Of a DNA stretch of 64,000 nucleotides, positions 35,596-49,094 are shown piece by piece (the stretch's first letter is position 1; each line of letters begins with the position of its first letter). Origin of the DNA: Isurus oxyrinchus. Its lineage: Eukaryota. The stretch spans positions 1,116,001 to 1,180,000 of the forward strand of contig JANJGN010000150.1 of NCBI GenBank assembly GCA_026770705.1, read 5' to 3'. The notes beneath the pieces are model-generated. The model had not been told where the DNA came from and searched no databases. It saw only the letters and a list, made by a program, of their open reading frames with translations. Position numbers and translations under genes: made by a program.

Positions 35596-36800
35596 GTAAG
35601 TATTGGTTAGAACATCCTGCTTGTGATGGAGAGGGAGTCGGTCTCCTATTAAATGAGGCATTGGAGAAGGTGCAAGTGGTATTGACAAGGACGATCCCAG
35701 AACTGAGAGGTTATAACTAACAGGAAAGACTGAACAAGCTGGGATTCTTTCCTCTAGAAAAGAGAAGGCTGAGGGGGTGACCTGACTGAGGTCTTTAAAA
35801 TGATGAAAGTGTTTCGATAGGGTAGATGTAGAGAAGATGTTTCCACTTGTCGGAGTGAGGCCAGAACTAGGATCCATCGATATAAGATAATCACTAATAA
35901 ACCAAAGGGGAATTCAGGAGAAACTTCTTTACCCAGAGAGTGGTGAGAATGTGGAACTCGCTCCCACAGCGAGTGGTCGAGGTGAATAGTATCGATGTAT
36001 TTAAGGGGTGAGCTGGATAAACATATGCGGGCGAAAGCAAGAAAAGGTTATGGGGATGGGGTGAGATATCCACTCATAGACTCGCTGTAATTCTGTGTAA
36101 CATCATCTGCTGGTGAGGAACACAGTGCAGTTTGTACAGGTGCTAGTGTTGGAGCTGTATCCAGTCCATAATTCAAAACAGACCCTATCCCAATCTGAAT
36201 GTTAAACCTCATCAGTTCACTCTTATTTTCATTCTTTTTTGGGATGTGGCCATTACTGGCTGGGCCCAACATGATAAATGATAAACCGAATCCTAATTGT
36301 CCCTTAGGAAGGTGGTGGTGAGCTAACTTCTTGGACTGCTGCAGAGCAAGTAGTGAAGGTGCACCAAAAGTGCTTCCTGGAGAGCGTTCTAGGATTTTGA
36401 CCCGGCAACAATGAAGTAACAGTGAAACTGTTCCAAGTCAGGCTGCTGTGTGGCTTGGAGGGGAACGTGCAGGTGGTGATGTTCCCATGTATCTGCTGCC
36501 CTTGTCCTTCAAGGTTTCAGAGATCATGAGTTTGGAAGGTGCTGTTCAAGGAGCCTTGCTGAGTTGCTGCAGTGCATCTTGTAGATGGTACACACACTGC
36601 TGCCACTGTGCTTTCATGGAGGAGGGAGTGAATATTGAAGATGTTGGGTGAGATGCCATTCAAGTGGGCTGCTTTGTCCTGGATGGTGTTGAGCTTCTTG
36701 AGTGTTGTTGGAGCCACACTCATCTAGGCAAGTGGAGAGTGTTCCATCACACTCCTGACTTATCTTGTGTTTAATGTGTTGATAATTTTGTATTTGAAAG

Positions 36801-37058
36801 ATTCTCCTCGCAAGACATCTGTCAGGATGACACTGGAAAAAGGAAAGATGATTTCTCTAAGTTGTTCTAGTGATGGGAATCCAGCAGTCCACAATTTCAC
36901 CTGGTTTAAGATCTCCCAAGGCAAGGTGACAAATCTGGAGCTTGCTGGTCAAACTATTACAGTTCCTTACGGATTTGAAGAGGAAATCTCCTACTACTGT
37001 GAAGCAACAAGTATCCTGGGCAGTTCCCAGTCTCTGCCCATTAGAATTCCCACTGAAT
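36801..37058 (+). CDS. Gene B repeated C2 exon B1
   Basis: 258 nt, open, AG/GT, phase 1-1. Confidence 0.9.
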
Positions 37059-38521
37059 GTGAGTAATTTTTTTATTCATTCATGGGATGGAGGTGTCACT
37101 GGCTAGACCAACATTTATTGCCCATCCCAAATTACCCTGGAACAGAGTGGCTTGCTGGGCCATTTCAGAAGTCATTGAAGAGTCAACCACATTGCTGTGG
37201 GTCTGGAGTCATATGTAGGCCAGACCAGGTAAGGACGGCAGATTTCCCTCCCTAAAGGACATTAGTGACCCAGATGGGGTTTTAACGACAATCGGCAATG
37301 TTTTCATGGTCATCATTAGACTTTCAATTCCAGATTCTAATTGAATTGGTTGGCAAGTGGACATTTGACCACTTTGGCCACAATTGGTCCACAATTGTCT
37401 GTTTACCTGTCAATCAGCACCCTCTACTCATGCAGTATCAATTGTTGTTCCCTTTGAGATTTGGCATTCTTGCAATTCTGCCCTGATGAGTGAAAGATGA
37501 AAAGCTTTGACAGAATGTCTCCTTTCACACCAATGCTCAGGTTCTGTGCTGCCAAGTGACTGTAAACATCGTCTTCTGTAAATCAGAATCCTGAATACTC
37601 TCTTAAATGACTAACACATCATTCCTGGTACATGAATCGTAGAAAGTTAGTATGCAGGTGCAGCAAGGTGTTAGGAAGGCAAACCTGGAATGTTGGTGTT
37701 TATTGCAGAGCTTGAGTGTAAAAGTAGGGACGTATCATATTCTACAACCGTACAGGCTCTTGGTGAGATTGCATCAAAAATACTGTGTACAGTCTTGGCT
37801 TCTGACATAGAAAAGATGGGCCAAATGTGCAGCTGAAGGCTACCTGTAATACTGTGTAACATTTTCTGCTGGTGAGGAACACAGTGCAGTTTGTACTTCT
37901 GCTAGTGTTGGAGCTGTATCCAATCCATGATTATATAAAGAGACTATTCAAATCTAGACTTTAAACCTCATGAGTTTGCCCATATTTAATTCATTCACAG
38001 GATGTGGGAGCTGCTGATATGGGCAACATTTATTGCCCATCCCTAATTACCCTTTGTCCTGAACTGCTGCAGTCCATGTGCTGAACGTATACCCACAGTA
38101 CTGATAGGGAGGGAGTTCCAGGATTTTGACCCAGCAATAGTGAAGGAATTGCGATAGATTTCCAAGTCAAGATGGTGAGTGGCTTGGTGGGGAACTTGCA
38201 GGTGGCGTTGTTCACATTTTTCTCCTGCCCTTGTTCTCCTAGGTGTTAGGGTTTGGAAGTTGCTGTTAAAGGAGCCTTGGTAAGCAGTTGTAGTGCATCT
38301 TGTAGATGGTACACACTGCTGCCACTGTGCATTCATGGTGGAGGGAGTGAATGTTGAAAATGATGGGTGGGATGCCGCACAAGCGGGCTGCTTTGTCCTG
38401 GATGGTGTCGAGTTTCTTGAGTGTTGTTGGAGCCACACTCATCCAAGCAAGTGGAGAATATTCCATCACACTCCTGACTTTAGCTCAGTGGTTAATGTGT
38501 TGATAATTTTGTATTTGAAAG

Positions 38522-38779
38522 ATTCTCCTCACAATACGTCTGTCAGAATGACACTGGAAAAAGGAAAGGTGATTTCTCTAAGTTGTTCCAGTGACGGGAA
38601 TCCAACAGTCCACAATTTCACCTGGTTTAAGATCTCCCAAGGCAAGGTGACAAACCTGGATCTCGCTGGTCAAACTATTACAGTTCCTTATGGATTTGAT
38701 GAGGAAATCTCCTACTACTGTGAAGCAACAAGTATCCTCGGCAGTTCCCAGTCTCTGTCCATTAGAATTCCCACTGAAT
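38522..38779 (+). CDS. Gene B repeated C2 exon B2
   Basis: 258 nt, open, AG/GT, phase 1-1. Confidence 0.9.
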
Positions 38780-40219
38780 GTGAGTACTTTTTTTATTCGT
38801 TCATGGGATGAAGATCTCACTGGCTAGACCAACATTTATTGCCCATCCCAAATTACCCTTGAACTGAGTGGCTTGCTGGGCCATTTCAGAGGTCATTGAA
38901 GAGTCAACTACATCTCTGTGGGTCTGGAGTCACATGTAGGCCAGACCAGGTAAGGATGGCAGATTTCCCTCCCTGAAGGACATTAGTGACCGAAATGGGT
39001 TTTTAACGACAATTGGCAATGATTTCAAGGTCATTGTAAGACTTTCAATTCCAGATTCTAATTGAATTGGTAGGCAAGTGGACATTTGACCACTTTGGCC
39101 ACAATTTGTCCATAATTATCTGCTTGCCAGCCAATCAGCACATTCTCCTCATGCAGTATAAATTGTTGTTCCATTTGAGATTTGGTATTCTTGTAATTCT
39201 GTCCTGATGAGTGGAAGATGAAAAGCTTTGACAGAATGTCTCCTTTCTCACCATTGCTATGGTTTTCTTCTGCCAAGTGACAATAAATATTGTCTTCTGT
39301 AAATCAGAATCCTGAAAACCTTCTTAAATTACTGACACAACGTACCTGGTGCAGCAAGTGCTTAGGAAGACAAATGAAACATCGGTGTTTATTGCAAGGG
39401 AGCTTGGCTGTAAAAGTAGGGATGTATACAATACTGCAACTGTACAGGCTCTTGGTGAGACTGCATCAGCAGTACTGTGTACAGTCTTGGCTTCTGACAT
39501 AGAAAAGATGGGCCGAGGGTGCAGCTGAAAGCTACCTGTAATTCAGTGTAACATAATCTGCTGGTGAGGAATATAGGGCAGTTTGTACATCTGCTAATGT
39601 TGGAGCTTTATCCAGTCCACGATTATATAAAGAGTCTATTCATATTTAGATTTTGAATCTCATGCGCTTGCTCATATTTAATTCATTCACAGGATGCAGG
39701 CGTTGCTGATCTCGGCAACATTTAGTGCCCGTCCCTAATTACCCATTGAGCCGTTGTCTTGAACGGCTGCAGACCATGTGCTGTAGGTACACAGACACTG
39801 CTTTTAGGGAGGGAGTTCCAGGATTTTGACACAGCAACAGTGAAGGAATGGCAATAGATTTCCAAGTCAGGATGGTGAGTGACTTGGAGTGGATCTTGCA
39901 GGTGGCGTTGCTCCCTTCTTACTGCTGTCCTTGTCCTTCTAGATGTTAGGGTTTAGAAGGTGCTGTTCAAGGAGCCTTGGTGAGCTGTTGCAGTGCATCT
40001 TTTAGATGGTACACACTGCTGCCACTGTGCACTCACAGTGGAGGGAGTGAATGTTGAAGATGATGGGTGGGATGCCGCTCAAGTGGGCTGCTTTGTCCTG
40101 GATGGTGTTGAGCTTCTTGAGTGTTGTTGGAGCTGCACTCATCCAGGCAAATGAAGAGTATTCCATCACACTCCTGACGAGCTCAGTGATTAATGTGTTG
40201 ATAATTTTGTATTTGAAAG

Positions 40220-40477
40220 ATTCTCCTCACAACACGTCTGTCAGGATGACACTGGAAAAAGGAAAGGTGATATCTCTAAGTTGTTCCAGTGACGGGAATC
40301 CTGCAGTCCACAATTTCACCTGGTTTAAAATCTCCCAAGGAAAGGTGACGAATCTGGCGCTCGCTGGTCAAACTATTACAGTTCCTTATGGATTCGAAGA
40401 GGAAATCTCCTACTACTGTGAAGCAACAAGTATCCTTGGCAGTTCCCAATCTCTGCCCATTAGAATTCCCACAGGAT
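40220..40477 (+). CDS. Gene B repeated C2 exon B3
   Basis: 258 nt, open, AG/GT, phase 1-1. Confidence 0.9.
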
Positions 40478-41916
40478 GTGAGTATATTTTTTATTCTTCA
40501 TGGGATGGAGATGACACTGGCTAGACCAACATTTATTGACCATTCCAAATTACCCTTGAACTGAATGGCTTACTGGCCATTTCAGAGGGTATTCATGAGT
40601 CAACCACGTTGCTGTGAGTCTGGAGTCACATGTAGGCCAGACCAGGTAAGAACGGCAGATTTCCCTCCCTAAAGGACATTAGTGACCCAGACGGGGTTTT
40701 AATGACAATCGGTAATGTTTTCATGGTCTTCGTTAGACTTTCAATTCCAGATTCTCATTGAATTGGTTGGCAACTGGACATTTGACACTTGGGCCACAAT
40801 TTGTCCACAATTATCTGCTTGCCAGCCAATCAGCACACTCTTCTCATGCAGTATAAATTGTTGTTCCTTTTGAGATTTGGTATTCTTGCAATTCTGTCCT
40901 GATGAGTGAAAGATGAAAACCTTTTACAGAATGTATCCTTTCTCACCAACTTTCAAGTTTAGTACTGCCAAGTGACTATAAATATATTCTTCTGTAAATC
41001 AGAATCTTGAATGCTCTCCCAATTGACCAACAATCATTCCTGGTACATGAATCATAGAAAGTTAGTATGCAGGTGCAGCAAGGTGTTAGGAAGGCAAATG
41101 GAACGTTGGTGTTTATTGCAAGGGACCTCAAGTGTAAAAATAGGGACACATGTTACAACTGTACAGACTCTTGGTGAGACTGCATCAGCAGTACTGTGTG
41201 CAGTCTTGGCTTCTGACATAGAAAAGATGGGCCGAATGCGCAGTTGTAGATTAGCTGTAATTCTGTGTAACATTATCTGCAGGTGAGGAATACAGTGCAG
41301 TTTGTATGTGTGCTAGTGTTGGAGCTGTATCCAGTCCAGATTATATAAAAAAAAAATCAAATTTAGATTTTAAACCTCATAAGTTTCCCCAAATTTAATT
41401 CATTTGATGATATGGGCAACATTTATTGCCCCTCCCTAATTACGCCATGAGCCGTTGTCTTCAACTGCAGCAGTCCGTGTGCTGTAGGTAAACCCACAGC
41501 ACGGTTAGGCAGGGAGTCCAGGATTTTGTCCCAGCGACAGTGTAGGAATGGCAATAGATTTCCAAGTCAGGATGGTGAGTAATTTGGAGGGGAACTAGCA
41601 GGTGGTGGTGTTCCCATGAGTCTTCTGTCCTTGTCCTTCTAGATGTTAGAGGTCACAGGCTTGGAAGGTTCTATTAAAGGAGCCTTGGTGAACAAGTGCA
41701 TCTTGTGGAGGGTGATGCCACTGAGTGTCAGCGCTGGAGGGAGTGAATGTTGAAGATGGTGGGTGGATGCTGTTCAAGTGGGCTGCTTTGCCCTGGTTGG
41801 TGTTGAGCCTCTTGAGTGTTGTTGGAGCTGCACTCTTCCAGGCAAGTGGAGAGTGTTCCATCACACTCCTGACTTCAGCTCAGTGTTTAATGTGTTGATA
41901 ATTTTGTATTTCAAAG

Positions 41917-42174
41917 ATTCTCCTCGCAATACATCTATCAGGATGACACTGGAAAAAGGAAAGATGATTTCTCTAAGTTGTTCCAGTGATGGCAATCCAG
42001 CAGTCCACAATTTCACCTGGTTTAAGATCTCCCAAGGCAAGGTGACGAATCTGGCACTCACTGGTCAAACTATTACAGTTCCTTATGGATTTGATGAAGA
42101 AATCTCCTACTACTGTGAAGCAACAAGTATCCTGGGCAGTTCCCAATCTCTGCCCATTAGAATTCACACTGAAT
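41917..42174 (+). CDS. Gene B repeated C2 exon B4
   Basis: 258 nt, open, AG/GT, phase 1-1. Confidence 0.9.
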
Positions 42175-43615
42175 GTGAGTAATTTTTTTATTCGTTCATG
42201 GGATGAAGGTCTCACTGGCTGGACCAACATTTATTGCTCATCCCAAATTACCCTGGCACACAGTGGTTTGCTGGGCCATTTCAGAGGGTATTGAAGAGTC
42301 AACCACTTTGCTGTGGGTCTGGAGTCACATGTAGGCTAGACCAGGGAAGGACAGCAGATTTCTCTCCCTAAAGGACATTAGTGACCCAGACGGGGTTTTA
42401 ATGACAATCGGCAATGTTTTCATGGTCATCGTTAGACTTTCAATTCCAGATTCTAATTGTTTGGCAAGTCAAAATTTGACATTAGGGCTACAATTTTCCA
42501 CAATTATCTGTTGCCAGCTAATCAGCACCCTCTTCTCATGCAGTATAAATTGTTGTTCCTTTTGAGATTTGGCATTCTTGCAATTCTGTCCTGAGGAGTG
42601 AAAGATGAAAAGCTTTGACAGATTGTCTCCTTTCTCACCAACGCTCAAGCTTTGTGGTGTCAAGCAGCTGTAAATATCATCTTCTGTAAATCAGAGTCCT
42701 GAATACCTTCTGAAATGACTAACACGTCAATCCTGGTACATGAATAATAGAAAGTTAGTATGCAGGTGCAGCAAGTGATTAGGAAGGCAAGTGGAATGTT
42801 GGTGTTTATTGCAATGGAGCTTCAGTGTAAAAGCTGGGACACATGTAACAACTGTACAGGCTGTTGGTGAGACTGCATCAGGAGTACTGTGTACAGTCTT
42901 GCCTTCTGACATAGAAAAGATCGGCGAATGCGCAGCTGTAGACTACCTGTAATTCTATGTAACATTATCTGCAAGTGAGGAATACAGTGCAGTTTGTATG
43001 TGTGCTAGTGTTGGAGCTGCATCCAGTCCATGATTATATAAAGAGACTATTCAAATCTAGATCTTAAACCTCGTGAGTTTGCCCACATTTAATTCATTTT
43101 CTGATATTGGCAACATTTAGTGCCCATCCCTAATTACCCCTTGAGCCTGAACTGTTGCAGCTCATGTGCTGTAGGTATACCCACAATGCTGTTAGGGAGG
43201 GATTTCCAGGATTTTGACTCACAACACTGAAGGAATGGTGATAGATTTTCAAATCAGGATGGTAACTGCCTTGGAGGGTAACTTGCAGGTGGAGGTGTTC
43301 CATTTATCTGCTGCCCTTGTCCTTCTAGATGTTAGAGGTCATGGGTTTGGAAGGTGCTGTCTTAGGAGCCTTGGTGAGTTGTTGCAGTGCATCTTGTAGA
43401 CGGTACACACTGCTGCCAATGTGCATTCATGGTGGAGGGAGTGAATGTTGAAGATGGTGGGTGGGATGCCGATCAATCCGGCTGCTTTGTCCTGGATGGT
43501 GTCGAGCTTCCTGAGTGTTGTTGGAGCTGCACTCATCTCAGCAACTAGTGAGAATTCCATCACACTCCTGACTTTAGCTCAGTGGTTAATGTGTTGATAA
43601 TTTTGGATTTGAAAG

Positions 43616-43873
43616 ATTATCCTCACAACATGTCTGTCAGGATGACACTGGAAAAAGGAAAGATGATTTCTCTAAGTTGTTCCAGTGACGGGAATCCAGC
43701 AGTCCACAATTTCACCTGGTTTAAGATCTCCCAAGGCAAGGTGACGAATCTGGCACTCGCTGGTCAAACTATTATGGTTCCTTATGGATTTGAAGAGGAA
43801 ATCTCCTACTACTGTGAAGCAACAAGTATCATGGGCAGTTCCCAGTCTCTGCCCATTAGAATTCCCACAGAAT
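43616..43873 (+). CDS. Gene B repeated C2 exon B5
   Basis: 258 nt, open, AG/GT, phase 1-1. Confidence 0.9.
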
Positions 43874-45317
43874 GTGAGCAATTTTTTTTATTTGTTGATG
43901 GGATGGTGGTCTCACTGGCTAGACCAACATTTATTGCCCATCCCAAATTACCCTTGAACTGAGTGGCTAACTGGGCCAATTCGGAGGGAATTGAAGTGTC
44001 AGCCACATCACTCTGGGTCTGGAGTCACATGTTGGCTAGACCCGGTAAGGACGGCAGATTTCCCTCCCTGAAGGACATTAGTGAACCAAATGGGTTTTTA
44101 ACGACAATTGGCAATGTTTTCGTGGTCATTGTTTGAAGTTTAATTCAAGATTCTAACTGAATTGTTTGACAAGTGGACATTTGACAATTTGGCCACAATT
44201 TGTCCACAATTATCTGCTTAACAGCCAATCAGCAAACTCTTCTCATGCATATAAATTGTTGTTCCTTTTGAGATTTGGTATTCTTGCTTTTCTGTCCTGA
44301 TGAGTGAAAGATGAAAAGCTTTGACAGAATGTCTCCTGTCTCACCAATGCTTAAGTTTAGTACTGCCAAGTGACTATAAATATCTTCTTCTGTAAACCGG
44401 AATCCTGAGTGCTTTCCCAATTGACTAACACATCATTCCTGGTACATGAATCATAGGAAGTTAGTATGCAGGTGCAGCAAGTGGTTAGGAAGGCAAATGG
44501 GACATAGGTGTTTATTGCAAGGGAGCTCGAGTGTAAAAGTAGGGACACATGTAACAACTGTACAGGCTCTTGGCGAGACTGCAGCAGGAGTACTGTGTGC
44601 AGTCTTGGCTTACGACATAGAAAAGATGGGTCGAATGTGCAGTTGTAGATTACCTGTAATTCTGTGTAACATTATCTGCAGGTGAGGAATACAGTGCAGT
44701 TTCTACGTGTGCTAGTGTTGGAGCTGTATCCAGTCCACGATTATATGAAGAAATCTAGATTTTAAACCTCATGAGTTTCCCCATATTTAAAACATTTGAT
44801 GATATGGGCAACATTTATGGCCCATCCCTAATTACCGCTTGAGCCGTTGTCTTCAACTGCTGCAGTCCATGTGCAGTAGGTACACCCACTATTAGAGTGT
44901 GAGGTCCAAGATTTTGACCCAGTGATAGTGTAGGAATGGCAATAGATTTCCAAGTCGGGATAATGAATGACTTGGAGAGGAACTTACAGTTGGTGGTGTT
45001 CCCATGAGTATTCTTTCCTTGTCCTTCTAGATGTTAGAGGTCACAAGCTTGGAAGGTGCTGTTAAAGGAGCCTTGGTGAGCAGTTGCAGTGCATCTTGTA
45101 GAGGGTACACACTGATGCCACTGTGCGTTCATGGTGGAGGGAGTGAATGATGAAGTTGATGGGTGGGATGCCAGTCAAGTGGGCTGCTTTGTCCTGGATG
45201 GTGTCGAGCTTCCTGAGTGTTGTTGGAGCTGCACTTTTCCAGGCAAGTGGAGAGTATTCCATCACAATCCTGACTTTAGCTCAGTGAATAATTTGTTGTT
45301 AATTTTGTATTTGAAAG

Positions 45318-45575
45318 ATTCTCCTCACAATACGTCTGTCAGGATGACACTGGAAAAAGGAAAGATGATTTCTCTAAGTTGTTTCAGTGACGGGGATCCA
45401 GCAGTCCACAATTTCACCTGGTTTAAGATCTCCCAAGGAAAGATGATGAATTTGGCACTCGCTGGTCAAACTATTACAGTTCCTTATGGATTCGATGAGG
45501 AAATCTCCTACTACTGTGAAGCAACAAGTATTCTGGGCAGTTCCCAGTCTCTGCCCATTAGAATTCCCACTGAAT
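45318..45575 (+). CDS. Gene B repeated C2 exon B6
   Basis: 258 nt, open, AG/GT, phase 1-1. Confidence 0.9.
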
Positions 45576-47019
45576 GTGAGTAATTTTTTTATTCATTCAT
45601 GGGATGGAGGTGCCACTGGCTAGACCAACATTTATAGCCCATCCCAAATTACCCTGGAACAGAATGGCTTGCTGGCCATTTCAGAGGGTATTGATAAGTT
45701 AACCACATAGCTGTGGGTCTGGAGTCATATGTAGGCCAGACCAGGTAAGGACAGCAGATTTCCCTCCCTAAAGGACATTAGTGACCCAGATGGGGTTTTA
45801 ACGACAATCGGCAATGTTTCCATGGTCATCGTTAGACTTTCAATTCCAGATTCTCATTGAATTGGTTGGCAAGTGGACATTTGACCACTTTGGCCACAAT
45901 TTGTCCACAATTATCTGCTTGCCAGCTAATCAGCACATTCTCCTCATGCAGTATAAATTGTTGTTCCCTTTGAGATTTGGTATTCTTGCAATTCTGTCCT
46001 GATGAGTGAAAGATGAAAAGCTTTGATAGAATGTCTCCTTTCTCACCAATGCTAAGGTTCTGTGCTGCCAAGTGACTGTAAACATCGTCTTCTGTAAATC
46101 AGAATGCTGAATACTCTCTCAAATGACTAACAAATTATTCCTGGTACATGAATCATACAAAGTTAGTATGCGGTTTGGAAAGCAAATGGAACGTTGGTGT
46201 TATGGCAAACAAACTTGAGTGTAAAAGTAGAGACATATACTATACTACAACTGTACAGGGTCTTGGTGAGACTGCATCAGGAATACTGTGTACAGTCTTG
46301 TCTTCTGACATAGAAAAGATGGGCCAAAAGTGCAGCTGAAGGCTAGCTGTAATTCTGTATAACATTATCTGCAGGTGAGGAATACAGTGCAGTTTGTATG
46401 TGTGCTAGTGTTGGAGCTGTATCCAGTCCATGATTACATAAAGAGACTATTCAAATCTAGAGTTTAAACCTCATGAGTTTGCTCATTTTTGATTCATTCA
46501 CAGGATGTGAGACCTGCTGATATGGGTAATATTTATTGCCCATCCCTAATTACCCCTTGTCCTGAACTGCTGCAGTCCATGTGCTGTACGTATACCCACA
46601 GTGCTGTTAGGGAGGGAGTTCCAGGATTTTGACCCAGCGATAGTGAAGGAAAGGCCGATACCTTTCCAATTCAGGATGGTGAGAGGCTTGGTGGGCAACT
46701 TGCAGGTGGTGTTGTTCCCATTTTTCTGCTGCCCTTGTTCTTCTTAGGGTTTGGAAGGTGCTGTTCAAGGAGCCTTGGTGAGCTTTTGTAGTGCATCTTG
46801 TAGATGGTACACAATGCTGCCCATGTGCGTTCATGGTGGAGGGAGTGAATGTTGAAGATGGTGGGTGGGATGCCATTCAAGTGGGCTGATTTGCCCTGGA
46901 TTGTGTTGAGCTTCTTGAGTGTTGTTGGAGCTGCACTTTTCCAGGCAAATGGAAAGTATTCCATCACACTCCTGACTTTAGCTCAGTGGTTAAAGTGTTG
47001 ATAATTTTGTATTTGAAAG

Positions 47020-47277
47020 ATTCTCCTCACAACACGTCTGTCAGGATGACACTGGAAAAAGGAAAGATGATTTCTCTAAGTTGTTTCAGTGATGGGAATC
47101 CAGAAGTCCACAATTTCACCTGGTTTAAGATCTCCCAAGGCAAGGTGACGAATCTAGCGCTCGCTGGTCAAACTATTACGGTTCCTTATGGATTTGAAGA
47201 GGAAATCTCCTACTACTGTGAAGCAACAAGTATCCTGGGCAGTTCCCAGTCTCTGCCCATTAGAATTCCCACAGGAT
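47020..47277 (+). CDS. Gene B repeated C2 exon B7
   Basis: 258 nt, open, AG/GT, phase 1-1. Confidence 0.9.
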
Positions 47278-48836
47278 GTAAGTAATTTTTTTATTCTTCA
47301 GGGGATGGAGATGTCACTGGCTAGACCAACATTTATTGCCCATCCCAAATTACACTTGAACTGAATGGCTTGCTGGGCACTTCAGAGGGTATTCATGAGT
47401 GAACCTCATTGCTGTGGGTCTGGAGTCACATGTAGGCCAGACCAGGTAAGGACGGCAGATTTCCCTCCCTAAAGGACATTAGTGACCCAGATGGGGTTTT
47501 AACGACAATCGGCAATGTTTTCATGGTCTTCGTTAGACTTTCAATTCCAGATTCTCATTGAATTGGTTGGCAAGTCGACATTTGACATTTTATCCACAAT
47601 TGGTCCACAATTATCTGTTGCCAGCTAATCAGCACCCTCTCCTCATGCAGTATAAATTGTTGTTCCCTTTGAGATTTGGTATTCTTGTAATTCTGTCCTG
47701 ATGAGTGAAAGATGAAAAGCTTTGACAGAATGTCTCCTTTCTCATCAATAGCTCAGGTTCTGCGCTGCCAAGTGACTGTAAACATCGTCTTCTGTAAATC
47801 AGAGTCCTGAATACTCTCTCAAATGACTAACACATCATTCCTGGTACATGAATCGTAGAAAGTTAGTATGCAGGTGCAGCAAGGTGTTAGGAAGGCAAAC
47901 CTGGAATGTTGGTGTTAATTGCAGAGCTTGAGTGTAAAAGTAGGGACGTATCATATTCTACAACCGTACAGGCTCTTGGTGAGATTGCATCAAAAATACT
48001 GTGTTAGGAAGGCAAATGGAACGTTGGTGTTTATTGTAAGCAAGCTTGAGTGTAAAAGTAGGGACGCATGTTACAACTCTATAGGCTCTTGGTGAGACTG
48101 CATCAGGAGTACTGTGTACAGTCTTGTTTTCTGACATAGAAAAGATGGGGCTGAATATGCAGCTGTAGACTACCTGTAATTCTGTGTAACATTATCTGCA
48201 AGTGAGGAATACAGTGCAGTCTGTACATGTGCTAGTGTTGGAGCTGCATCCAGTCCATGATTATATAAAGAGAGTATTCAAATCTAGATCTTAAACCTCA
48301 TGAGTTTGCCCACATTTAATTCATTTTCTGATATTGGCAACATTTAGTGCCCATCCCTAATTACCCCTTGAGCCTGAACTGTTTCAGCTCATGTGTTGTA
48401 GGTGTACCCACAATGCTGTTAGGGAGGGATTTCCAGGATTCTGACTCAGCGACGCTGAAGGACTGGTTTTAGATTTCCAAATCAGAATGGTGACTGGCTT
48501 GGAGGGTAACTTGCAAGTGGAGGTGTTCCCATTTATCTGCTGCCCTTGTCCTTCTAGATGTTAGAGGTCAAGGGTTTAGAAGGTGCTGTTCAAGGTGCCT
48601 TGGTGAGTTGTTGCAGTGCATCTTGTACATGGTACACAGTGCTGCCACTGTGCATTCATGGTGGAGGGAGTGAATGTTGAAGATGGGATGCCACTCAAGT
48701 CAGCTGCTCAGCCTGGATGGTGTTGAACTTCCTGAGTGTTATTGGAGCTGTACTCATCCAGGCAACTGGAGAGAATTCCATCACACTCCTGACTTTAGCT
48801 CAGTGGTTAATGTGTTGATAATTTTGGATTTGAAAG

Positions 48837-49094
48837 ATTCTCCTCACAACACGTCTGTCAGGCTGACACGGGAAAAAGGAAAGGTGATTTCTCTAAGTTG
48901 TTCCAGTGACGGGAATCCAGCAGTCCACAATTTCACCTGGTTTAAGATCTCCCAAGGCAAGGTGACGAATCTGGCACTCGCTGTTCAAAATATTACAGTT
49001 CCTTATGGATTTGAAGAGGAAATCTCCTACTACTGTGAAGCAACAAGTATCCTGGGCAGTTCCCAGTCTCTGCCCATTAGAATTCCCACTGAAT
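48837..49094 (+). CDS. Gene B repeated C2 exon B8
   Basis: 258 nt, open, AG/GT, phase 1-1. Confidence 0.9.

Larger units (their letters stand above)
27695..36800 (+). repeat. Segmental duplicate, copy 2 (5' half of gene B)
   Basis: Collinear with 1-11111. Confidence 0.95.

Noticed and set aside
1-36800. Whole duplication as a haplotype assembly artefact (gaps at equivalent positions 1540 and 29227)
   Set aside because: The copies have strongly diverged patches, large indels (e.g. ~195 bp extra at ~34040-34230), different array content and unrelated 3' exons. The shared gap position is explained by the same microsatellite. Long-read confirmation is still advisable.
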